In this document: one piece after another, positions 1-7,202 of the stretch
Numbering within the stretch: position 1 is the first letter of the stretch
Layout of the letters: each line of letters starts with the position of its first letter
From: Candidatus Saccharimonadota bacterium
GTDB lineage: Bacteria > Patescibacteriota > Saccharimonadia > Saccharimonadales > UBA4665
Assembly (NCBI GenBank): GCA_002952755.1
Contig: CP025011.1
Span: 60,001-92,000, forward strand
Direction of reading: 5' to 3'
DNA length: 32,000 bases
Position numbers and translations under genes: made by a program
Notes under the pieces: model-generated
The model's database searches: none
What the model saw: only the letters and a program-made list of their open reading frames with translations
What the model was told of the DNA's origin: nothing

Positions 1-26
1 CCTCTGTACATTAGGTTTCAGTCCTG
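1..26. repeat. Copy 1 of a 26-bp exact direct repeat CCTCTGTACATTAGGTTTCAGTCCTG; may extend left of the window
   Basis: Identical 26-mer at 1215-1240. It ends 20 nt upstream of the ATG at 47. Confidence 0.9.
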
Positions 27-34
27 TTAGGTCT

Positions 35-40
35 TATTAT
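35..40 (+). promoter_or_regulatory. -10-like TATTAT, 6 nt upstream of the ATG at 47
   Basis: Hexamer followed by TCTCCT then ATG, with no Shine-Dalgarno. Same geometry as several other genes in the window. Confidence 0.4.
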
Positions 41-46
41 TCTCCT

Positions 47-523
47 ATGACGCGCGATTATTACCATGTCCAAGAATGGACTCCAAAACTCAAAGCCACA
101 GGGGACGAACTGGTGGCCAAGATTCATGAAGCAACGCCAGAGCTCGAGGTGCTGTTTATGGGCGCAGCTGCCCTCGGGTTGCCCGGTAAGAACGACATAG
201 ATCTGGATATTCTATGTAGCCAAAATAATTTAAAGCGATATGTGGAGGTGTTAACGCCAGTGCTAGGTGCTCCGCAAGGGCTGAAAGAAAATATGGCTGC
301 CTGGAGCTATATGGATGGCGATATCGAAATCGATTGCATCTTGTCAGATCCTACACTGCCGGCATCCCATATTCCGAAGCAAAAGAAAATGTTTGAAACG
401 CTCAAAGCGAGTCCGGAACTCCAATCACGCTATGCGCAGCTAAAGCGTGATTGTGATGGGCTGCCATATGCGGATTATGAAGCCAAGAAAAAAGCATTCT
501 TTGAGGAAGTCGAGGCTTTATAG
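47..523 (+). CDS. GrpB/UPF0157-like nucleotidyltransferase-fold protein
   Basis: 158-aa ORF. The GLPGKNDIDLDIL segment fits the nucleotidyltransferase G[SG]...DxD pattern. Size and motif recall the GrpB family. Confidence 0.55.
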   Translation: MTRDYYHVQEWTPKLKATGDELVAKIHEATPELEVLFMGAAALGLPGKNDIDLDILCSQNNLKRYVEVLTPVLGAPQGLKENMAAWSYMDGDIEIDCILSDPTLPASHIPKQKKMFETLKASPELQSRYAQLKRDCDGLPYADYEAKKKAFFEEVEAL

Positions 524-1086
524 TGCGCCAATCAAAAGTCATCTTATTACATGGTAAAGACAAAGACTCTAGTTTTATCTGGTACCCTTGGCTCAAACAG
601 GAGTTGGCAAACAAGGGCATTCAGTGCGATATTCCAGATTTGCCACAGGCCGATAACCCAAAAATAAATGAGTGGTTGAGTGTGATTGACTCGCTAAAAC
701 CTGATGCTGATACAACTTTAGTAGGTCACTCAAGAGGTGGAATGGCAATACTGAGGTGGGTTGAAAGTCGGCAGCAGCATGTACGGCGGGTGATATTGGT
801 TGCGGCCAACAGCGCCACCATTACGGACGATAACACAAGCGATTTTTATTCTGGCCTGTATGATTTTGCCACGATTCGAGACTGCTGTGACGAGTTTGTG
901 GTTATGCATTCTAAGGATGATGAATGGGTGCCGTATGCTGCTGGGCTCGAAAATACAGAAGGTCTTAACGCTAGATTGATTAGCTTCGAAAACCGTGCTC
1001 ACTTCGGGAAGCAAGCCGATGGCACTATGATGACTACGTTCCCCGAGCTTCTAAACGAGATATCAGGTTCTAGCGTGGAGCGGTAG
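523..1086 (+). CDS. Alpha/beta-fold serine hydrolase, YdeN/RBBP9-like
   Basis: 187-aa ORF with a GTG start overlapping the upstream stop (TAGTG). N-terminal VILLHG, nucleophile elbow GHSRGG, and late D and H residues (HSKDDEWV, NRAHF). Confidence 0.65.
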   Translation: MRQSKVILLHGKDKDSSFIWYPWLKQELANKGIQCDIPDLPQADNPKINEWLSVIDSLKPDADTTLVGHSRGGMAILRWVESRQQHVRRVILVAANSATITDDNTSDFYSGLYDFATIRDCCDEFVVMHSKDDEWVPYAAGLENTEGLNARLISFENRAHFGKQADGTMMTTFPELLNEISGSSVER

Positions 1087-1181
1087 AGCAATTGACCGAT
1101 AGCCTGCCTCTGTAGAGTGTCGTTTCCAACGATATGGTTCCGATTCGATTATACTTGGGCGATCAAGTTGAAATAACAGAT

Positions 1182-1212
1182 AGAGATTCGCTTTACGGCG
1201 AGTCTCTTTTTT
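1182..1212 (+). terminator. Rho-independent terminator after the hydrolase gene
   Basis: AGAGATTCGC / GCGAGTCTCT 10-bp stem (one G:U pair), 6-nt loop, then TTTTT. Confidence 0.6.
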
Positions 1213-1214
1213 CG

Positions 1215-1240
1215 CCTCTGTACATTAGGTTTCAGTCCTG
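1215..1240. repeat. Copy 2 of the 26-bp exact direct repeat
   Basis: Identical to 1-26. It ends 24 nt upstream of the ATG at 1265. A partial third match, GCCTCTGTA, lies at 1106-1114. Confidence 0.9.
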
Positions 1241-1249
1241 CTTGGCCTT

Positions 1250-1258
1250 TGCTATGAT
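1250..1258 (+). promoter_or_regulatory. Extended -10 TGCTATGAT, 6 nt upstream of the ATG at 1265
   Basis: TGn + TATGAT, then ACCCTT, then ATG, with no SD. The identical nonamer occurs at 2391-2399. Confidence 0.5.
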
Positions 1259-1264
1259 ACCCTT

Positions 1265-1999
1265 ATGAAAGATAAGATTGTTCTAATCACTGGCTCGTCA
1301 AGGAATGGAATGGGCACGGCAGCGGCACGAGTAGCGGCTGCAAGAGGCGCTAAGGTCGTTCTGCATGGCCACACAGAAGACCAAGAGTTAAAAGATATCG
1401 CACAAGAACTCAAATGTGATTACGTTGTATGTGATGTAGCCGACAAAACAGCTGTCGAGGCTGCTGTTACTGAAGTTATAGAGAAGATGGGGCATATCGA
1501 TGCGCTTATTAACTGTGCCGGGATGGCAGAAGCAGCCCCTTTCCTAGAATCGGACGACGATCACTGGATGCGCGTATTCAGGGTGAATGTCCTGGGCACG
1601 GTCCATTTTATCCAAGCTGTTGCACCACATATGCTTAAGGATAAGGGCGGCCGCATCGTTAACGTTTCGTCTATTCGCGGTATAGAGAATATGGCATCAA
1701 ACCGTATTACTGCTTATTCGGCCAGCAAGGCTGCAGTCAATAACTTAACTGCAGCGCTTGCGAAAGAATTTGCACCACATATCGCTGTAAATGCCGTAGC
1801 CCCTGGTTTTACTATGACCAAATTAAGCGCGGGCTGGACCGATGCCGTGCACGCCCAGCTAAAAACCGCGTTGCTACAAAGAGCCGCTCAACCAGAAGAG
1901 ATGGCAGAAACTATGGTATTTTTGGCGAGTGACGAGGCTAGGTTTATTACAGGTCAGGTGCTAGTGGTGGACGGTGGCTATAGTATCGCCGGGAAGTAA
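1265..1999 (+). CDS. Short-chain dehydrogenase/reductase (SDR) family oxidoreductase
   Basis: 244 aa. Glycine-rich ITGSSRNGMG, the NCAG motif, the catalytic YSASK (YxxxK) and a C-terminal ITGQVLVVDGG. Confidence 0.85.
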   Translation: MKDKIVLITGSSRNGMGTAAARVAAARGAKVVLHGHTEDQELKDIAQELKCDYVVCDVADKTAVEAAVTEVIEKMGHIDALINCAGMAEAAPFLESDDDHWMRVFRVNVLGTVHFIQAVAPHMLKDKGGRIVNVSSIRGIENMASNRITAYSASKAAVNNLTAALAKEFAPHIAVNAVAPGFTMTKLSAGWTDAVHAQLKTALLQRAAQPEEMAETMVFLASDEARFITGQVLVVDGGYSIAGK

Positions 2000-2164
2000 G
2001 GTTCTCGTACCGCACTGCAGGCTAGATCAGCACTCTAGAAAAGAGCCCTACCTTGTAGGCCTTTTAAGGGTTAGAGGGTCTGACTTGGGCTGCATTTGTA
2101 CAACTTAGTTAAGCAGTATAACCCCGGAGAAAAGCAGGGTTTGTTAGCCTGGTATAGTTAAGAT

Positions 2165-2380
2165 ATGCGAATGCCCAAGCGTCTCGACAAAAGAAGACTC
2201 CTTTTTGCATGTGTAGGCGGAGTCCTGAGCCTTTGTTCCTATAAGCTGTATGTATATACCAATAATGGAGAGCAATTTGAGGATTCAAATCTTCTCATTT
2301 CTTTCGTGTTTACACTGATTGCCGCAGCATGTATCTATCTATTCCTAGGGCTTATCGCAATTTTCACTTCCAGAAAATAG
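2165..2380 (+). CDS. Small membrane protein (two predicted TM helices), unknown function
   Basis: 71-aa ORF with hydrophobic stretches LLFACVGGVLSL and LISFVFTLIAAACIYLFLGLIAIF. Confidence 0.35.
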   Translation: MRMPKRLDKRRLLFACVGGVLSLCSYKLYVYTNNGEQFEDSNLLISFVFTLIAAACIYLFLGLIAIFTSRK

Positions 2381-2390
2381 ATTTCTAGTC

Positions 2391-2399
2391 TGCTATGAT
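2391..2399 (+). promoter_or_regulatory. Extended -10 TGCTATGAT, 6 nt upstream of the ATG at 2406
   Basis: Same nonamer and same spacing as at 1250-1258. Confidence 0.5.
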
Positions 2400-2405
2400 T
2401 GAGCA

Positions 2406-3047
2406 ATGAGCTCACCCCGGGTAGAAGCACTCCGGACGACATTAAGAGAGATCTATAGCCCCCGTGATGACCTCCTTTTTCATGGCTGGCATCACATCAC
2501 CTTTGTTACCCGTAAGAGCCTCGAATTCGCTCGAGAGTTCGATGTGGATGTGGAGCTACTTGAAGCAGCGGCACTTACACATGATCTCAACTTCATAACG
2601 AATGTTAAGAGCAGTGTCGATGACGGGAGAGAAATACGAGCCGAGGTATTAAGCAAAGCAGGCTTTAATGAGCATGAAATCCCAGATATCGAAAACCTCG
2701 TTCATGGCTCAAGTACCGAGTTTAGCGGCGGCGATATTTCAGACTCCTCAAAGGTTCTATCTGATGCGGATAAGCTCTTTAAGGTGCTGCCCGTTAGTCC
2801 TATGATACTGTCGGCACGTTATATCACCGAAACCAAGGTAGACATTGAGAAATGGGCAGATAGGATTATTCGAGACCAGAAGCCGCTGCTAGATGCAGAT
2901 AAGTACTTCTATACGAAAATGGCTAAAGAGAAATACCTTACCTGGGCACGGCTGAATCTCGAGTGGGTGGAAGCGGTAAAACAGTCGCTGGATGATCCAG
3001 ACGTGCAATTATTCTTGAAAGATTGTAAGGATCTGGGGTACATCTAG
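2406..3047 (+). CDS. HD-domain phosphohydrolase
   Basis: 213 aa. HGWHH followed by AALTHDLNF gives the H...HD metal-binding pattern. A later D lies in LSDADKL. Confidence 0.65.
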   Translation: MSSPRVEALRTTLREIYSPRDDLLFHGWHHITFVTRKSLEFAREFDVDVELLEAAALTHDLNFITNVKSSVDDGREIRAEVLSKAGFNEHEIPDIENLVHGSSTEFSGGDISDSSKVLSDADKLFKVLPVSPMILSARYITETKVDIEKWADRIIRDQKPLLDADKYFYTKMAKEKYLTWARLNLEWVEAVKQSLDDPDVQLFLKDCKDLGYI

Positions 3048-3105
3048 GCCTCGATAGGTTAGTAACCCCATTGTACAGATAAGCAGCATATACTACCGTA
3101 TACAT

Positions 3106-4182
3106 ATGTCTGGCATTGAAGAGTTAGAAGTGAGCCCTCAATGGCTAACAGTTGAAGGTCTGGTGAGTACTGCTGGCATATCTTTTCGTGTACCTTTGAT
3201 GGACCTACAATATGTAGCACCTGACGTAAGAGGCGATCCTTACCACCAGGGGCGGGTAAGTTTTCCCTTTTCTAACGATGTGTGTACAGCGCCCTATTGC
3301 GAGCAACTTGTTGCGCGAACCGAAACCCGGGAATATCAAGATGCTAAGCAGAGAGTTGCCTTACTCGTTGGAGAAAGCGCCCTCGCTGCAAATTTGAAAT
3401 ACACTTCAGAGGAAACGATTATACTTTTGTCTGATTCTCCAGATAATTGCCTATTCATGCAACAGTACGTGGCCGGACTGCGTGAATGTCCAGGGCCGGA
3501 AGAATGGCGCGATCGCCTGATATCCGTGGGGCCAGACGACACCGCAGGTAAGATGGACTTCCAGCTCACACAGTGGCGAAGAGAAGATCGTCCTCACCCG
3601 CTGCAAGATCAGTCTGCCTTTGATGAAGCACAGGAGCTAGCTAGAAAAAAGGTAATAGTACCTTGGCGCGTCGATATACTGGCGCAAAACGATATGGCGA
3701 TGTTAGGCCGGGCCCTGCAGGAGCGCGATGCCTGGGTGACCATGATGAACCTAACGAACGTTCTACCTTATGTCAGACTATCTGTAAACCCTGAGGATTG
3801 CCTGGTAGGACTAAGGGAATTGCCGGTCACCCCCAACGCTCCCATACTGACGACTAGTTTGGGCTTGGGCTCACGTACTGAATCGGACATCATTAATAAA
3901 AAACCGGCAAATATGGTAACTGGGCCCTTCTTTGGACTCGAAAACCTGAAACTAGAAGAAAAGGTTGATATGGAGCGCACCTTAGAAGCTATGGCCAAAG
4001 CCGTACAAGATGGCCATGATATGGAAGATCTGCTGACAGGAAGCAATATCGCGCTCTTTTTCAAGTTAGCTAGAAAGCATCCAAACACTATAGGGGATAA
4101 TATTTTACGGCCAGATTACAATACGCCTCATAGCCCTGATCGTAACCCAGCGTCCGAAGAACCGGCTTCCGATGAAGACTAA
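3106..4182 (+). CDS. Hypothetical protein (orphan), acidic C-terminal tail
   Basis: 358-aa ORF that is the longest in its region. I recognise no motif. Confidence 0.55.
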   Translation: MSGIEELEVSPQWLTVEGLVSTAGISFRVPLMDLQYVAPDVRGDPYHQGRVSFPFSNDVCTAPYCEQLVARTETREYQDAKQRVALLVGESALAANLKYTSEETIILLSDSPDNCLFMQQYVAGLRECPGPEEWRDRLISVGPDDTAGKMDFQLTQWRREDRPHPLQDQSAFDEAQELARKKVIVPWRVDILAQNDMAMLGRALQERDAWVTMMNLTNVLPYVRLSVNPEDCLVGLRELPVTPNAPILTTSLGLGSRTESDIINKKPANMVTGPFFGLENLKLEEKVDMERTLEAMAKAVQDGHDMEDLLTGSNIALFFKLARKHPNTIGDNILRPDYNTPHSPDRNPASEEPASDED

Positions 4183-4249
4183 TCTCCCTGGAATAAGTTT
4201 TCGAGCAAAAATTCACCAAAGTCAGCTAATGCTACGGGGGTCTTGAACT

Positions 4250-4885
4250 ATGATTCATACGATAAGTAATTCTGCAAACAAAGCCTGGTTGGAAACCTTC
4301 AGAGCGCTCATAGATCGCGGTGAGGATACGGGCAACCAGAAGTATTTCCGGGATGAGGTGGCTCTTATTGAAATTACAGATCCCCAGGTTGCATCTGCCG
4401 ACAGGCGCTTCCCCATGGCTCAAGCCGACCTGGATGTCATTAACGATTATATTGTCACCGGCAATAATGAAGGCAAGGTTGTGCATGAATGGACAAAACT
4501 GTATCGTCATAGGGCTTTTGACGAGCCCTATTCCCAGGTCGAATTTTTGATTAGCAGGCTCGATGCAGCCAATCCGGTAGGCGAAGCCCAGATCTCTATA
4601 TGGGACAAAGCTATCGACCAAGGCCAAAAGGTCCAGCCATGTACACAGATTATTTGGGCCAGGATAAAGCACGGTAAATTAGAAATGCACGTCCATGCCA
4701 ATTCATCGGATGCCTATAAAAAGTTGCTAATGAACATGTTGGAGTTCATTGCTTTGCAGCACTATATTGCAAGTAGAGTCAATCTGGAAGTGGGCCGGTA
4801 TTATCATTTTGTCGATTCATGCCATTTGTACAAAAAAGACCTCAAGCAGATACTGCAACTACAGAAGACTCAGCCTAAAATCTAA
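4250..4885 (+). CDS. Truncated, divergent thymidylate-synthase-fold protein
   Basis: 211 aa. By eye it aligns to the ThyA core: QPCTQIIW vs APCHAFFQ (catalytic Cys), GKLEMHVHANSSD vs GKLSCQLYQRSCD, LLMNMLEF vs LPFNIASY, and NLEVGRYYHFVDSCHLY vs DLEVGDFVWTGGDTHLY. Confidence 0.7.
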   Translation: MIHTISNSANKAWLETFRALIDRGEDTGNQKYFRDEVALIEITDPQVASADRRFPMAQADLDVINDYIVTGNNEGKVVHEWTKLYRHRAFDEPYSQVEFLISRLDAANPVGEAQISIWDKAIDQGQKVQPCTQIIWARIKHGKLEMHVHANSSDAYKKLLMNMLEFIALQHYIASRVNLEVGRYYHFVDSCHLYKKDLKQILQLQKTQPKI

Positions 4886-5552
4886 AATCGGTAGGTTTCT
4901 TTAATATCGACGTTCGAGGAGCGGGAACTTTCACGGTACCTCTTGAAAGGAGGAGAGCTATGGTTCTTGCTTCGGCAAGACCAATGGGTTGGTCGTTCAG
5001 CCCCAAGTCCTTTTCTAGCTGTTGGTTTTGCTCAGCTCGTTGAAAAGCATCGAGCAGCAGGGCGCTTGCCTTTTGTATCGTGTCTGCAGGTATGCTATTA
5101 GGGTGTATCGTTGGCAGTTCTATTGGCAAAGGGTCTGGTAGCGAGACGTCACGTCTTGTGACTGTTCTATCGTCGTTTTCGCCAGGGATAGCGTAGTAAT
5201 GCGCGTTTTTAAAAGTACCGTCAAGCCTGCGCGGTCCCTCCAGAATCTTGACTGAGTACCCGGGCAAATCGGGATGGTCCACTGTGTTGACGCTGTGTAC
5301 GAAAACCTCTATGGGTGCGCCATCCAGATCGAAACTATCTAAAGCGAGCTCGGAATACACCCCCGCATTTCTAGCAGAGGATCCTAAGCTATCGATAGAT
5401 GCTAGTATTTTACTTTCTACAGCCAAGCGTAACATAGCACTGGCTTCACGTTGCTCTTCTTGGTCAGGTAGAGCATGCTCACTGTCGAAGGGTCTCATAT
5501 AGTTAGGGAGGTGCGGGGGCAAGAAGGGGTATGTATCATCAGGACGGTGCAT
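4875..5552 (-). CDS. Hypothetical protein (orphan)
   Basis: 225-aa ORF convergent with the TS-like gene, overlapping it by 11 nt. No recognisable motif. Confidence 0.45.
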   Translation of the reverse strand: MHRPDDTYPFLPPHLPNYMRPFDSEHALPDQEEQREASAMLRLAVESKILASIDSLGSSARNAGVYSELALDSFDLDGAPIEVFVHSVNTVDHPDLPGYSVKILEGPRRLDGTFKNAHYYAIPGENDDRTVTRRDVSLPDPLPIELPTIHPNSIPADTIQKASALLLDAFQRAEQNQQLEKDLGLNDQPIGLAEARTIALLLSRGTVKVPAPRTSILKKPTDFRF

Positions 5553-5702
5553 GATTTATATAAGATATCACACTTCGCCTTTTAAGAACCCCTGCCTTTC
5601 ATATCTGTTTGGCCCTAAAAACCTCCGCCGGATTCTGATCGAAGGTGGGCAAAACGATGGCCACTATACTACAATAAGTACTACTAAGTGGAGGATGCAC
5701 AT

Positions 5703-5768
5703 ATGTCGAAAGATAAAGGTCGTAAGGAAGTGAAGAAGCCGAAGCAGGCAAAAACCAAGCCTGCGTAA
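5703..5768 (+). CDS. Possible 21-aa lysine-rich peptide MSKDKGRKEVKKPKQAKTKPA
   Basis: ATG preceded by GGAGGA (5690-5695, 7-nt spacing) and by TATACT at 5665-5670. It is below the ORF-track length cutoff. Confidence 0.25.
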   Translation: MSKDKGRKEVKKPKQAKTKPA

Positions 5769-5789
5769 GGTTTTCTAAGACAAGGCCAT

Positions 5790-6197
5790 ATGATTCTCAC
5801 AATCCCCACTGCTAATCGCCGTCAAGTTATAGATCTTACCGATATTTTGGCGGAGCAATCCCGCGGCAAGAGCGGGCATTTGAGTATTATGGTCTTGCAT
5901 AGCACCGCTGCGATTACGACAGCAAATCTTGATGCTGGCACCGATCTTGACTTGCTTGATGCCCTTGCCGGCATGCTGCCGCAGTTGCAGTGGCGGCACG
6001 AGCATAATCCGGCTCATGCGCCGGATCACTTGCTCGCATCTATCGTTGGTCCGAGTATTGTGGTGCCGGTACAAGAGGGTGAACTTCAGGTGGGCACCTG
6101 GCAGCGGATTGTCCTACTCGAATTCAAAGGGCCGCGTGAGTGTCACATAGACGTGAGCTTCATCGGCGCCCGAGAAGAGCCAACCATGGAGCTTTAA
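5790..6197 (+). CDS. YjbQ/UPF0047 family protein (secondary thiamine-phosphate synthase-like)
   Basis: 135 aa. HSTAAITTANLDAGT, then HNPAHAPDHLLASIVGPS, then GTWQRIVLLEFKGPR; this is the typical YjbQ motif series. Confidence 0.8.
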   Translation: MILTIPTANRRQVIDLTDILAEQSRGKSGHLSIMVLHSTAAITTANLDAGTDLDLLDALAGMLPQLQWRHEHNPAHAPDHLLASIVGPSIVVPVQEGELQVGTWQRIVLLEFKGPRECHIDVSFIGAREEPTMEL

Positions 6198-6291
6198 GGT
6201 GCTGTGGATATCTACTGATGTTTGCAAAAAATTCTGCTTGCAACCATCGCTCAAAACGCTACACTAACTAGCAGTGGTACAGGTCAGCTCA

Positions 6292-6319
6292 TTGACAAAA
6301 TACATTATTCGTGTATAAT
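6292..6319 (+). promoter_or_regulatory. Near-consensus sigma-70-type promoter (TTGACA, 16-nt spacer, TATAAT)
   Basis: TTGACA at 6292-6297 and TATAAT at 6314-6319, followed by the 12-bp palindrome TTGTGATCACAA at 6328-6339. Confidence 0.6.
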
Positions 6320-6376
6320 AATGAGTGTTGTGATCACAAACAAACACAATTCACAAAAATAAAAAAAGGGTGAGAA

Positions 6377-6472
6377 ATGGCGTTCAAAACCAAGAGCGGG
6401 TTGAACTTTGAGTTCGCAAAAACGAGTAACAAAAAAATACTCGCGGTAGACAGTATACTAGCCAAAGGTTAG
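6377..6472 (+). CDS. Possible 31-aa protein MAFKTKSGLNFEFAKTSNKKILAVDSILAKG
   Basis: ATG preceded by AGGGTGAG. It lies between the strong promoter and a terminator hairpin. It is below the ORF-track cutoff. Confidence 0.35.
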   Translation: MAFKTKSGLNFEFAKTSNKKILAVDSILAKG

Positions 6473-6500
6473 CGACTGGTACCAAAAAATTCCAAAAAAT

Positions 6501-6530
6501 AAGGCCAGGGAGCGCTCCCGGCCTTATTTT
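6501..6530. terminator. Hairpin terminator, potentially bidirectional
   Basis: AAGGCC(A)GGGA / TCCCGGCCTT stem with one bulge and a 4-nt loop. T-run downstream and A-run upstream. Confidence 0.55.
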
Positions 6531-6653
6531 CTTTAGTTTTAGTATATAAGTACCCGACTCCCTATCTGTCATGCTAGACTTGATCCAGCGTCCTGGCTTT
6601 GGATGATCCAGAAGAAGACGAATAGAGGCGGTAGCTACAAGGTCAGTCTGCTG

Positions 6654-6659
6654 TATACT
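6654..6659 (+). promoter_or_regulatory. -10-like TATACT, 6 nt upstream of the ATG at 6666
   Basis: TGTATACT, then GCCTAT, then ATG. This supports the internal start at 6666. Confidence 0.4.
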
Positions 6660-6665
6660 GCCTAT

Positions 6666-7157
6666 ATGTCAACGCTTCTAGGAAGAACACAGGCTGCGCT
6701 CGATACGGCCGGCATTGTCTACGATGTACTCGATTGCGACCCTGATTTGGCAGATACCGCTGCATTCTGCGAAGCGTATCATTTCCGGCTAGACCAATCA
6801 GCAAATGCTATTCTCGTGGCTGGCAAGGCTGATCCAACGAAGTACGCTTGCTGTATTGTGCTGGCGACAACCAGGCTGGATGTGAATAAAACTGTCTGCA
6901 AACAGTTAGGCGTCAAGCGTGCTTCTTTTGCCAGTAGCGAGCAAACCAAGGCAGTGACTGGCATGGAAATTGGTGGCGTCACACCCTTCGGTATCCCAGA
7001 AAATATCCCTATCCTTGTTGATACGGCCGTGATGCATGCCTCAACCGTCGTGATGGGTGGCGGCAATCGCTCCAGCAAAGTTATCCTAAACCCTCAAGAG
7101 CTCACCAAATATCCGGGCGTCACCATTGTTGAAGACCTGGCAAAACCTAAGCAATAA
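6666..7157 (+). CDS. YbaK/EbsC-type aminoacyl-tRNA editing (deacylase) domain protein
   Basis: VTGMEIGGVTPFG motif and overall size. The ORF opens at 6603, but MSTLLGR at 6666 has the promoter geometry and the usual length. Confidence 0.7.
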   Translation: MSTLLGRTQAALDTAGIVYDVLDCDPDLADTAAFCEAYHFRLDQSANAILVAGKADPTKYACCIVLATTRLDVNKTVCKQLGVKRASFASSEQTKAVTGMEIGGVTPFGIPENIPILVDTAVMHASTVVMGGGNRSSKVILNPQELTKYPGVTIVEDLAKPKQ

Positions 7158-7202
7158 CATAGTTTCATTTTTCCAGAGGGAGCCGTCCTTGGAAGACGGT
7201 AA

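Noticed and set aside
1999-2164. Possible riboswitch/ncRNA or CIRCE-like half-site (AGCACTC) in the 165-nt gap after the SDR gene
   Set aside because: Only a 7-nt partial match to CIRCE with no inverted partner. There are only short 5-bp stems, so nothing is distinguishable from chance by eye.
5551-5733. 60-aa ORF in the 5553-5789 intergenic region
   Set aside because: It has no SD or promoter geometry. The small SD-led lysine-rich ORF at 5703-5768 explains the signals better, and even that is low confidence.
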